Shown: in pieces, positions 55,159 to 63,135 of the stretch | Numbering within the stretch: the stretch's first letter is position 1 | How the letters are laid out: each line of letters begins with the position of its first letter | Source of the DNA: Planctomycetota bacterium | Lineage (GTDB): Bacteria > Planctomycetota > Phycisphaerae > WQYP01 | Direction of reading: 5' to 3' | Length of the DNA stretch: 64,000 bases | Assembly: GCA_021851715.1 (NCBI GenBank) | Contig: JAJZCR010000002.1 | Span: 529 to 64,528 of the forward strand | Program-made: the position numbers and the translations under genes | Notes under the pieces: generated by a model | What the model saw: only the letters and a program-made list of their open reading frames with translations | Told to the model about the DNA's origin: nothing | Database searches by the model: none

Positions 55159-55719
55159 TCAAAGCTCACGCAGCCAACGCCTAAGGCGATGCGTGAATTT
55201 TTCTTTCGGCCATAGCGGAGGCACGAGCAGCCATACTCCCGCACAAAGAAAAAGGTTCGCGAGCGCAACGACCGGTGTGCCCACCGCCGCAAAGCCAATA
55301 TGGAAGACAACATACATTAGGATAATGATCCAAGGTATTAAAACGCCGGCGCAGGTTCCTAGCGCCCACGTGACGGACCCCCGGTGCTGCATATGCCGCG
55401 CCGCCGCTGGAAAGAATGCGACTGACAGCATTCCGGCGACGTACCCAACCGGTATAAGCCGCCACCACATTTCCATGCTTACTGCAGGATTGAACGCAGT
55501 AAAAACGGCCCATACGATTACGTACGCGGTAGGCAGAGGCATCGGTACCTTTAATATCGCAAAATGAAAAAGTGGTAGCGGCAGCGATACTATCCAAAGG
55601 CACCACCCAACCGCATAAAAGATTTTTCCGTATGTCCGGCGGCGGAGCCGCGACAGGGGCACCCGAACGTGCGTGTCCCACCAAAGATGTCTGCGGATAC
55701 GCGGTTCGGGCTCCATCAC
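55159..55719 (-). CDS. 5-TM membrane protein, 'RRWLREL' family, copy 1
   Basis: It begins MMEPEPRIRRH and ends LVPPLWPKEKFTHRLRRWLREL*. There is an ATGA overlap with the 340-aa gene's stop. Confidence 0.65.
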   Translation of the reverse strand: MMEPEPRIRRHLWWDTHVRVPLSRLRRRTYGKIFYAVGWCLWIVSLPLPLFHFAILKVPMPLPTAYVIVWAVFTAFNPAVSMEMWWRLIPVGYVAGMLSVAFFPAAARHMQHRGSVTWALGTCAGVLIPWIIILMYVVFHIGFAAVGTPVVALANLFLCAGVWLLVPPLWPKEKFTHRLRRWLREL

Positions 55720-56738
55720 TGCACCCCCACCGTTCCGGAATCATAGCCGCTGTCGCTGGTTACGCCGGATTCGAGAAAGTTCTGCAGGATGTTCAGCGGC
55801 CCGGCAAAATCACCGTTGACTCCAATGATGTCTCCATTGAGATCATGGCCCAACGCAATATTAAAGGAATACGGCACCGCCAGACCATTCCAAGCTCCGG
55901 TTGGCAGCGGAGCCAATTCGCCGATGCCTTGCCAAAGCAGGTCGCTATTGGTGTCATAAATTTTCAGGTTGAACGGATTGTCGTTGGCGTTGCTCGCATC
56001 GGTAACTTGGAATGCGCCATTGAGCGTAACGTTGATGGCACCGGTAGGGTTGTCGGAAGTAACCACTGGTGTTGGCGGCGTGTACGCTGGCAGATTCACC
56101 TGGGTGTATGGCGAGACCAACGCGGTCGAACCCGTGAGGCTGTAACCCACCGCACCTACGCCTGTATCGGGTGAGCTGCCCAGAGGTCCGCTCAGGTTCT
56201 GCCCGAGACCGCGCCCCAGTCGCGGTACAGATATTTCGAACGGCACGTACCCGCCGCTGCCGGCAAGGGCCCAGGCCGTGCTGCTAACTGAAACTCCGGT
56301 ATCGCCATACTTGACTGTGGCGTCATCGAGCGTAGCGACATAACCGCCGGAGCTGCCATCGCTGGGCGGTGAAAGCAGGGAGATCGAAACTCCCGATGCC
56401 AAATCACTTTCCTTGACCATGCCGGTTAGAACGGGAGTCTGGATGCCGGTTTGACCTGGCGTGACGGGAACGTTCCAGGTTGGGGCGTTGTAGTCCGTGC
56501 CATCCAAGCGTACGCCGACAATCGCATCTTGGTTCAGGCCGGCACCGGAAACCTCGGTGCTGGCCCCCGCATTGGTGCCGCCGTTGTAGGCGTTGTGGTC
56601 GTTGGGTGGTGGAAGGTAGACGCCCGAATGGGGACTCCAACTGAGATTTCTTGTTACCGCCCAGCGGGGTTTCCAAGCCGGCGGATAACCCTGAAAACCA
56701 GGAGGGGCTACAACAGCGGCACGACCACGTCTCACCAT
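55716..56738 (-). CDS. 340-aa protein: unassigned N-terminal ~250 aa plus the C-terminal 'NFNLKIYD' domain (full-length member of the array family)
   Basis: The C-terminal 90 aa match the small ORFs (NDNPFNLKIYDTNSDLLWQGIGELAPLPTGAWNGLAVPYSFNIALGHDLNGDIIGVNGDFAGPLNILQNFLESGVTSDSGYDSGTVGVQ*). A GGGAGGTG SD lies before the ATG, which overlaps the upstream stop. There is no obvious signal peptide. Confidence 0.65.
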   Translation of the reverse strand: MVRRGRAAVVAPPGFQGYPPAWKPRWAVTRNLSWSPHSGVYLPPPNDHNAYNGGTNAGASTEVSGAGLNQDAIVGVRLDGTDYNAPTWNVPVTPGQTGIQTPVLTGMVKESDLASGVSISLLSPPSDGSSGGYVATLDDATVKYGDTGVSVSSTAWALAGSGGYVPFEISVPRLGRGLGQNLSGPLGSSPDTGVGAVGYSLTGSTALVSPYTQVNLPAYTPPTPVVTSDNPTGAINVTLNGAFQVTDASNANDNPFNLKIYDTNSDLLWQGIGELAPLPTGAWNGLAVPYSFNIALGHDLNGDIIGVNGDFAGPLNILQNFLESGVTSDSGYDSGTVGVQ

Positions 56739-57277
56739 TCACCTCCCGATCCGGGAAACCGGTGGCGTGATTGCCAAGGCTGGGACGGAGCGATCCACGT
56801 TGCGGCTGCGGCCAACAGGATGCCCGCAGCCAAGAGGTTTGCCCCGGGATAGTGTTTCGCGTCGGCGTAGCCAGCGGCGAACCAGATTGTCAGTGCGGAA
56901 ATCGGCCCGGAACATGCCCGCGCGGCCCAAAGGATACGGCGTTTGCCCAATAGCGCCCCCGCCACCATCAAAAGGACCCCAACCCAGAAAGGCAAAAACA
57001 GGAACGGAAGCGCGAGGGCTGACAACGCCACAAAGAGCCACGTTGGAAAACGCTCGCCGTGCAGGTTGATCCCAAAAGTGGTCGAAAAGGACAGGGCCGC
57101 CACCGCCAGGGACAAAAAAACGAGAACACGGGCGATCCAAACCCGCAGCCTCGCCGTGACACCGCCCCGACTTTGGCCTGAATCACGACGCATCGACGGG
57201 AGGCTTCCGACCCCCTGTTTGGGCCTACGATCCTGGTACATAGCCATCTCCTGAATCCAAAGTCCCCAGCGATACAT
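56732..57277 (-). CDS. Multi-TM membrane protein following the YD-tail gene (immunity-like position)
   Basis: It has about 4-5 hydrophobic helices (VLVFLSLAVAALSF, WLFVALSALALPFLFLPFWVGVLLMVAGALL ...). It overlaps the 3' end of 57225-57722. The start is uncertain (ATG 57277, 57247 or 57241). Confidence 0.5.
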   Translation of the reverse strand: MYRWGLWIQEMAMYQDRRPKQGVGSLPSMRRDSGQSRGGVTARLRVWIARVLVFLSLAVAALSFSTTFGINLHGERFPTWLFVALSALALPFLFLPFWVGVLLMVAGALLGKRRILWAARACSGPISALTIWFAAGYADAKHYPGANLLAAGILLAAAATWIAPSQPWQSRHRFPGSGGEW

Positions 57278-57722
57278 GATTAAGCTCTTGGAAAAGGCCG
57301 TCGTTCCACGGCGCTGCCCCCAGTGGACCGGTAACGGTGTAATTGTTAAGAGTCAGGGTCTCCGTGTCCGTATACGACAGGGCCAGCCCCACCCAAAAGA
57401 CGGCTACATTCGACGGAGTGATGTCATTGTACAGCACTTGGGCCAACAACGTGTCCGAGCCAAGTAGGCCGCCATCCGCATACAAGCTGACGGTAGCGTA
57501 GGAGCCGCTTCCCGCCGCCTGCACCGGGCTGCCGGTGGAACTCAAGGTCAGGCCGGTTTGGCTGGCCACCAGCCGATCACGCCAGTCGTAATTCATTAAG
57601 GTAACACGCGCCGTGCCGACGGCGTTGGTACCGGCGTTGCCATCCGGATAGGCGATGGTTTCGGTGAGGTTGCCATCGCCAACCCCACCACTGTCATAAA
57701 TGTTGGATGAGACTTCGGTCAT
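57225..57722 (-). CDS. Orphan YD-repeat tail with a distinct ~95-aa C-terminal domain
   Basis: The first 70 aa are near-identical to 51054-51554 (MTEVSSNIYDSGGVGDGNLTETIAYPDGN...YDWRDRLVASQ). An in-frame TGA lies 22 codons upstream of the ATG. The C-terminal part is unique (…NNYTVTGPLGAAPWNDGLFQELNHVSLGTLDSGDGYVPGS*). Confidence 0.45.
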   Translation of the reverse strand: MTEVSSNIYDSGGVGDGNLTETIAYPDGNAGTNAVGTARVTLMNYDWRDRLVASQTGLTLSSTGSPVQAAGSGSYATVSLYADGGLLGSDTLLAQVLYNDITPSNVAVFWVGLALSYTDTETLTLNNYTVTGPLGAAPWNDGLFQELNHVSLGTLDSGDGYVPGS

Positions 57723-57761
57723 ATTATTGCCCGTGCCGGGGTTGCTGCCGTCAAAGTAAGC
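57512..57761. repeat. 250-bp direct repeat, copy 2 (partner at 51272-51521)
   Basis: 244 of 250 nt are identical to copy 1. Confidence 0.9.
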
Positions 57762-57785
57762 CGGCGTGCCGGAGGCAAGGAAACC

Positions 57786-58691
57786 TCACCCGGGCCAACG
57801 AACGAAGCTGGCGGTTCCGGCCGAAATCGCGTTGCGAAGGTAGCGCACCATGGCTGCGTCGATTTCGACTGCTGGCGGCCGACGGCCCTTCGGAACCACG
57901 TTGCGCAGGCAATAGAACACCCAGAGTGCCCGCTGCTCGCTGAGCACGATCCCCGCACCCACATTGGCCGGTCGCTCATGGTGTAACAAGCCCGTTGCGC
58001 ACAGCCCCTTCGCCGGTAACGCTGGCCTGGTTGAAGCTGCGCCAGCGAGCATCTGGACCAGCGAGCGTAAACCCATTTTCGACCCGTGTCGGGCGACCTC
58101 CCACGTACCAAGCGCAAAGGTAAAATAATTTTTTTGCGGACCCAGCAAGAGCCCCCAAGCCCTTTGCATCGCCCTCGCCCCGTGCTGCGTTTCACGATAA
58201 TGCCTCAGCGTGGCGTAAATCCGAAGGGCCTTGACGAACTGGGGCACCTTTTTGCCAGGCAGGGGTGCCGTCCACGGAATGCCGAAGGGGGAAACGGCAA
58301 GGCCGGGTTGGTGGTAAAAAAAGACTTTTTTGTCCCCTGGAACACGCAGTTCTGGATTCTGGGCTGGCCGTTTAAGCCTGGCCACGACGCACACAAATGT
58401 CGTGCCCCGGGCCATCAACGGAAGAAAGTTAGGTGCGGTGGCGCTGGTACCGCGGGACCAATAGCTCTCAAGGGTTAGGAGCGTACCGGCCTTCAGTCCC
58501 AGGCGGTAGCCACCGAGCAGCCTGATTTGGTAACGGACGATGGGGAAGAGGTTTGTCTTAACAATCTCCCGGCCCAAAACCTGCCCGACGATCACCTGCC
58601 CGCGCGCAAGCGCGGGCCCTCGCGGACCGAGGAAAAAAAGAACGGCCGTCGCGAGGGCTAGCCGGGCTGAGTGCGACTTTATGGCCTTCAT
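57786..58691 (-). CDS. Secreted hypothetical protein, paralogue family Y (copy 3)
   Basis: The start is set at ATG 58691 (MKAIKSHSARLALATAVLFFLGPRGPALARG, signal-like). It shares PLM..GT.F, KNYFTFALG and RALWVFYCLRNVVP blocks with 58881-60233 and 61439-62215. Confidence 0.55.
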   Translation of the reverse strand: MKAIKSHSARLALATAVLFFLGPRGPALARGQVIVGQVLGREIVKTNLFPIVRYQIRLLGGYRLGLKAGTLLTLESYWSRGTSATAPNFLPLMARGTTFVCVVARLKRPAQNPELRVPGDKKVFFYHQPGLAVSPFGIPWTAPLPGKKVPQFVKALRIYATLRHYRETQHGARAMQRAWGLLLGPQKNYFTFALGTWEVARHGSKMGLRSLVQMLAGAASTRPALPAKGLCATGLLHHERPANVGAGIVLSEQRALWVFYCLRNVVPKGRRPPAVEIDAAMVRYLRNAISAGTASFVRWPG

Positions 58692-58880
58692 GGCTGCGTG
58701 CCTCCGTAGTTGGGACGGGCTTCCGGCCGAGGGGGACAGCCGAAACCGCTTAAGAACCGGGAGGGATGGTCCCCTTGTTGGTCCAAGTTTCAGATTCGAG
58801 CGCACCGTTGGCCGTGGTGCCGGTAATCGGATTGGTATTGAATCCCGATGGCCATCGGGAGGCGTGGACGGTTTCGACCC

Positions 58881-60233
58881 TCATTTACCGCCCCCGGCCT
58901 TTTGCCTGTCTACGGATTGGCGGCCATGGCCAGCAAATTTTGCCATAAACGCGGATATCGACGCTTTCCGGCTGATTGGGACATACGCGCCCTTTGGCGC
59001 TGTACCCGGCCCTGGCGGAAAAATGCCAATTCCGCGGTCCCTGTAAGTCCAAGTGTTCGCGACGAACGGTTTAAACCGCGTGCTGGCCCGATTCGCATGC
59101 ATCCAAGGGCTTGGAAGCGTCAAAACCTCTGCATTGCCGCGCGGCCTGGCCCGTCGGTATAGATAATCCTGCATCAGGCCAGCCACACACCAGCCCGTCA
59201 GTCGACACCAGGGTACGGGGTACACTGCCGATGCGTAGAGCAGCCATGCCGCCCGGCGTTGTGACATGCGAAGGCGGCGCCACGCACGGTATTTCACGGC
59301 CGGGCAGCCCGGTTGGCGGATTGTGACAGCCTTGGTGGCGTAGAAATACCGCTTAATCAACAGTGTAATTTCCTCTCGGTTGGCACCGCCACAATACGAG
59401 GAAACCCCTAACGCCCACAGGTAATAATTTTTGCTCGCCATAAGCGCGGCGGCCTGCTTAGCCGGCAGCACGTTGGGGAATGGATAGAAATGAAACCACG
59501 ACCTCCGAGCTTCTCCCCACGCTGCGAGAGCCTGCTTTACCTTATTGATATTTGCCATGCGCACGACCGATGGTACCGGCACGCCAATGGGCAACACACT
59601 CTGGCCGGCGAAGGTGAACAGTTTTCTGCCCTTAGCCTCGTTGTGGAGCGGCCTGCGCACGGTGGTTGAGGCTTTGGCGACCGGAATAATGCTAGCAACG
59701 AAGGTTGCGCCGGGTCGCATGATCAAGGCCGGGGGAGCGGTCCCGGGCGGCCCGAATGTATAGCCGCCCACGTTGTTGCCCCCAAGGCCTCCAGATAGGA
59801 CCACCGTTTGGCCAGCTTTGGCCAACTTGGAGTCTGAGTAAATCACCCGGACCACATAGGCGACTGCTATTCTCTTAAAGGGGTGCGGGCCAATCTTTGT
59901 GACACCGAAGCGCACCGTTAAAATCCTCGCCGAGGCAACCTTGGCGATTATATCGCCCGTGGCATCCGGCTTACCAAACCAGTAGTACCCGACCCAGGGA
60001 GCTTTGCCCGCGAGCCAGCCGTACGCGGGAACGACAGCGCCGCCGCCGACACGCACAGGGGGTCCGTCCGTAGCGCGGCCAGCACCACCCGGCAGTGGTG
60101 GCTGCGATGCGGCAGGCCCGCCGACCGCGCGAGCCAAGCTGGCCAGCCCCGGACTACCAAGGAAAATCAACACCGCGCCAACTAAGGCCAGTGGTGCGTT
60201 GACTGTGGGTGGAATCCAAAAGATGTTTCGCAT
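58881..60233 (-). CDS. Secreted hypothetical protein, paralogue family Y (copy 2, longest at 450 aa)
   Basis: The signal-like N-terminus is MRNIFWIPPTVNAPLALVGAVLIFLGSPGLASLARA. The family block is ASKNYYLWALGVSSYC. A GGGGA SD lies before the ATG. Confidence 0.55.
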   Translation of the reverse strand: MRNIFWIPPTVNAPLALVGAVLIFLGSPGLASLARAVGGPAASQPPLPGGAGRATDGPPVRVGGGAVVPAYGWLAGKAPWVGYYWFGKPDATGDIIAKVASARILTVRFGVTKIGPHPFKRIAVAYVVRVIYSDSKLAKAGQTVVLSGGLGGNNVGGYTFGPPGTAPPALIMRPGATFVASIIPVAKASTTVRRPLHNEAKGRKLFTFAGQSVLPIGVPVPSVVRMANINKVKQALAAWGEARRSWFHFYPFPNVLPAKQAAALMASKNYYLWALGVSSYCGGANREEITLLIKRYFYATKAVTIRQPGCPAVKYRAWRRLRMSQRRAAWLLYASAVYPVPWCRLTGWCVAGLMQDYLYRRARPRGNAEVLTLPSPWMHANRASTRFKPFVANTWTYRDRGIGIFPPGPGTAPKGAYVPISRKASISAFMAKFAGHGRQSVDRQKAGGGK

Positions 60234-60247
60234 GTTCGTCCCCTAAA

Positions 60248-60476
60248 TCAATACCATGTCTGGTCAAACAGGGCTAGGTTGGCGGATATCCCGGTCGAGA
60301 AGGGGAAGGGGATCGTCATGCCAGGAATTGCCGCCATGAATGCCGTGTTGCTGTCCAACGGTGCGAAACCCGAATCCGAACTGAAGGGTAAGCCCGACGG
60401 CCACATTGTACGTGCCTGAAAAGTAGGCCGACCATTCGAAAAGCGCAATCGCATTGTACTGCGGCAGCACGCTGCC
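60248..60476 (-). pseudogene. Frameshifted C-terminal remnant of a family-X gene (homologous to the 3' end of 62203-63135)
   Basis: Two frames carry pieces: ...AIALFEWSAYFSGTYNVAVGLTLQFGFGF... and ...TAFMAAIPGMTIPFPFSTGISANLALFDQTWY*. Compare the X1 tail ...PLSWGEWTAQTFSSNFDSSFVAGMASRLRIFSLENWLWYV*. The position relative to the following family-Y gene is the same. Confidence 0.35.
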
Positions 60477-61412
60477 TTAAGAGTAATCAATCGTCCTGCC
60501 GTTCGGACCTGTCCCGATAGCCGAAATAGATAATGCGTGCTCGGGATACACCATGCTGGCAAGCCTCGAACCGTTGGACGGATCCGTATAGCTGTATTGT
60601 ACCACCGGCGTGGTGCCGATGGCAACTGCGATCCCGATCAAAATGCTCCGCTGGATGGTATCGGGACTGGCTTCGCCAGCCGCGGTTTTATATTGCTGCG
60701 TGAGTTGGCCGCCGTTGAGCGAGGCCGTGCAGCGGCACAAAGGCAGCCCGCCTTCATCGCCGCGAAATCCCGTCCCGCCGATAGGGCGGGTGTGCGCCGC
60801 AGCGCCGGGGTTATAGATATTTTTCACCTGGTTGACAATGGTGGTCCCGCCGGTATCCGCATAGCTGGTTAAAAGGTACGCCAAGCCTTGATTGTTGTAC
60901 GCGGTGTCAATGCGCAAAACGCTGCCATCGACATTCGTACCCAGCGTGGTGACGGTATCACTGATCTGCCGGCCCAACGCATCAAACATGTAATTATGCA
61001 CATTGCCGTTGGCGTCAATGGTTTGATATTGCCGGCCATCGATATCGTAAGCATAAGTGGTGGCATAGTAATTGCCATTGGGATCCAAGCCTGAAAGCTG
61101 GTTGGTGATTGGCGTGCCGGAATAAGGATCATTGGGCGTGGTGGCCAGATAAGTGTTGTTGTTGATGATGGCATAACTGTCGGATTCGGTCATCTGGCCA
61201 GCGGTGTTATACAATGTGCGGGAAAGGCTCTGAATAACAAATTGCGGATTGGAAACTGTGCCGGTGCCGATGAGGTTAAACACATTGGCCGGGCCGGTGC
61301 CGGCCCCATGGCCCTGGATGAAATCATCGGGGATCATCACCTGGTAATTTTGCACCTGCAATGTGCCGGAAAAGCTGAAGGTAATCAAAGCGGTGGAACT
61401 CGCGTCCACCAA
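60477..61412 (-). pseudogene. YD/RHS-repeat protein fragment (5'-truncated)
   Basis: YD repeats include YAYDIDGRQYQTIDANGNVHNYMFDALGRQISD, RIDTAYNNQGLAYLLTSY and VVQYSYTDPSNGSRLASMVYPE. The ORF opens immediately after the stop of the upstream gene and has no N-terminal core. Confidence 0.55.
60761..60809. repeat. Conserved-flank / variable-hairpin element, copy 1
   Basis: The sequence is cgcgaaatcccgt-[cccgcc gatag ggcggg]-tgtgcgccgcagcgccggg. The flanks are identical to copy 2, and the centre forms a different hairpin. Confidence 0.4.
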
Positions 61413-61438
61413 CGTCGCAATTATTTATTTCTGTAGCA

Positions 61439-62215
61439 TCACGGCTTGTAACCCGGTTCGTGCGCTTTGGATAGCCTCGCAAGGTAGGAGGTCAGATAAG
61501 ACAGCACCATGCCGCGCGAGGGACGGACTGCCGGGGGCGCAACGCGGCGCACGCAGTGGAGTATCCAGAACGCCCGCCGTGGCGATAAGTTTCTAAACAG
61601 GCCATCCAAAAGCGTATACACGTCTTTATGAGTACAGTCTATTGCAATAACCCGGGTTCCCAACGCCCAAAGGTAGAAGTTACGGCTGTCCCTGAGCTTA
61701 AAAGCCTGCGATTTTACGAGCTTGCCCATTTTACGTAGTCGACCATATTCCCGCAGCGCCGCCGCGAGGCCCGCCACGTCGCGTTTGGCCACCGGTGACG
61801 GTAATCCCACGCCGAGGGGAAACCACTGCTCGGTCTTGACGTAGCGATAGCTGCGGCCGCCTCTCGCCGGCATGACCGCCATCAAAAAATAGGTACCGTT
61901 CGACATCAGGGGTATTTGGGTACCGCCAGGGGTCCGGCTGGTCCGCCGCAGCCCCACAACGGTGATTACCACCCCCGGCTGCGGCCTCCCCCGCTGCTGG
62001 CCAACCACCCGAACACGATACGTATACCGCGTTGTAAACCGGTTTACGGCCTTTTTGCCCACCGCCGCCACTTGGCCCAAGATCACAAGCCCGCCGCGCG
62101 CCCGTGATGGCAAAAGCCCCGATCCCAGAACGGTCCGTGATCCGCTGAGAAGAGCGGTTAGCAGCAGCGCGGCCGCAACGGGCGAGACCCACCAAACGCC
62201 AACTAAACGTACCAC
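61439..62215 (-). CDS. Secreted hypothetical protein, paralogue family Y (copy 1)
   Basis: The GTG start overlaps the stop region of 62203-63135. The signal-like N-terminus is VRLVGVWWVSPVAAALLLTALLSG. Family blocks are DSRNFYLWALGTRV and RRAFWILHCVRRVAP. Confidence 0.55.
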   Translation of the reverse strand: MVRLVGVWWVSPVAAALLLTALLSGSRTVLGSGLLPSRARGGLVILGQVAAVGKKAVNRFTTRYTYRVRVVGQQRGRPQPGVVITVVGLRRTSRTPGGTQIPLMSNGTYFLMAVMPARGGRSYRYVKTEQWFPLGVGLPSPVAKRDVAGLAAALREYGRLRKMGKLVKSQAFKLRDSRNFYLWALGTRVIAIDCTHKDVYTLLDGLFRNLSPRRAFWILHCVRRVAPPAVRPSRGMVLSYLTSYLARLSKAHEPGYKP

Positions 62216-63135
62216 AGCCAGTTCTCCAAGGAAAATATCCGAAGCCTACTCGCCATTCCGGCAACAAAGCTGCTATCAAAATTACTGCTGAACGTTTGCG
62301 CAGTCCACTCGCCCCACGATAGCGGGGCAATGCTCGGATTGGCCGGGAAATTCAGCTCCCGTCGATCCATACCATTGATGGTATCGCTACTCGCCGACGG
62401 GTTCGTTGACAACGGAGCGACAGTCTGCCGCCACGTCTCGGTTTGGGCCGCCTGGTTAGCCGAAGTTGAGGTAACGAGTATGGGAAACGCGGCCCCTTGG
62501 CTGCTCGCGAGGCTAAACGATGCATCCGATGTGATCGCTTGGGGCGCAGACGGCGTAAATTGCTGGTTTTTCACTGTTCCCTGGTAATTCGTTTGCCAAT
62601 TGACCTTCGCCAGACCTACATAAACGCTATTGGCACCGTTCGCGGTATCGTCCGTCTCAGCGGCGACGTATCTGACAAACGTGTCGTACAGATTGGTCGA
62701 AGTCAATCCCCAGGTGGCAAGAGCAGCGGTGCCCACAAAGCCTGGTGTCGCCCTATTCCATGGCTCCAATCGCCCCGGCTCCGCTGGCCGCCTCGAAAGT
62801 ACCGCCCATGATCCAAGGAACACCGGCAGGGACACACAGAGGGCCACCTTGCCAGCAAACGAGCGCCGCGCGTAAAATCCCGCCGAGACCGACGGGTGAG
62901 GCTGCACCGCAGCGCCGGGATTGAGAGGGCCCGCCCACCGGGGAAAGAGAGATCCGCATTCAACCGCGCGAAATCCCGTTGCGGCCGCAGGCCGCATGTG
63001 CGCCGCAGCGCCGGGATAGTTCATCTCACCGGCAGGAATGCCCGTGCCACCTTGGGGGTAGGTAGCGGCGGCCACGCCCCCTCGCGCCGCCCGCCGCAGC
63101 CCGGGTTCCGAAGTTGTTTCATTCAACGCTACCAC
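62203..63135 (-). CDS. Hypothetical beta-rich, probably secreted protein (family X); true start uncertain
   Basis: The C-terminal ~200 aa are Ser/Thr/Asn-rich with alternating patterns and an aromatic terminus (…FSLENWLWYV*). An internal signal-like segment (KVALCVSLPVFLGSWAVL) suggests a start near 62850. The 5' third of the ORF contains the repeat element and is probably not coding. Confidence 0.4.
   Translation of the reverse strand: MVALNETTSEPGLRRAARGGVAAATYPQGGTGIPAGEMNYPGAAAHMRPAAATGFRAVECGSLFPRWAGPLNPGAAVQPHPSVSAGFYARRSFAGKVALCVSLPVFLGSWAVLSRRPAEPGRLEPWNRATPGFVGTAALATWGLTSTNLYDTFVRYVAAETDDTANGANSVYVGLAKVNWQTNYQGTVKNQQFTPSAPQAITSDASFSLASSQGAAFPILVTSTSANQAAQTETWRQTVAPLSTNPSASSDTINGMDRRELNFPANPSIAPLSWGEWTAQTFSSNFDSSFVAGMASRLRIFSLENWLWYV
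62967..63015. repeat. Conserved-flank / variable-hairpin element, copy 2 (plus a left-arm-only half copy at 62903-62920)
   Basis: The sequence is cgcgaaatcccgt-[tgcggcc gca ggccgca]-tgtgcgccgcagcgccggg. Confidence 0.4.
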
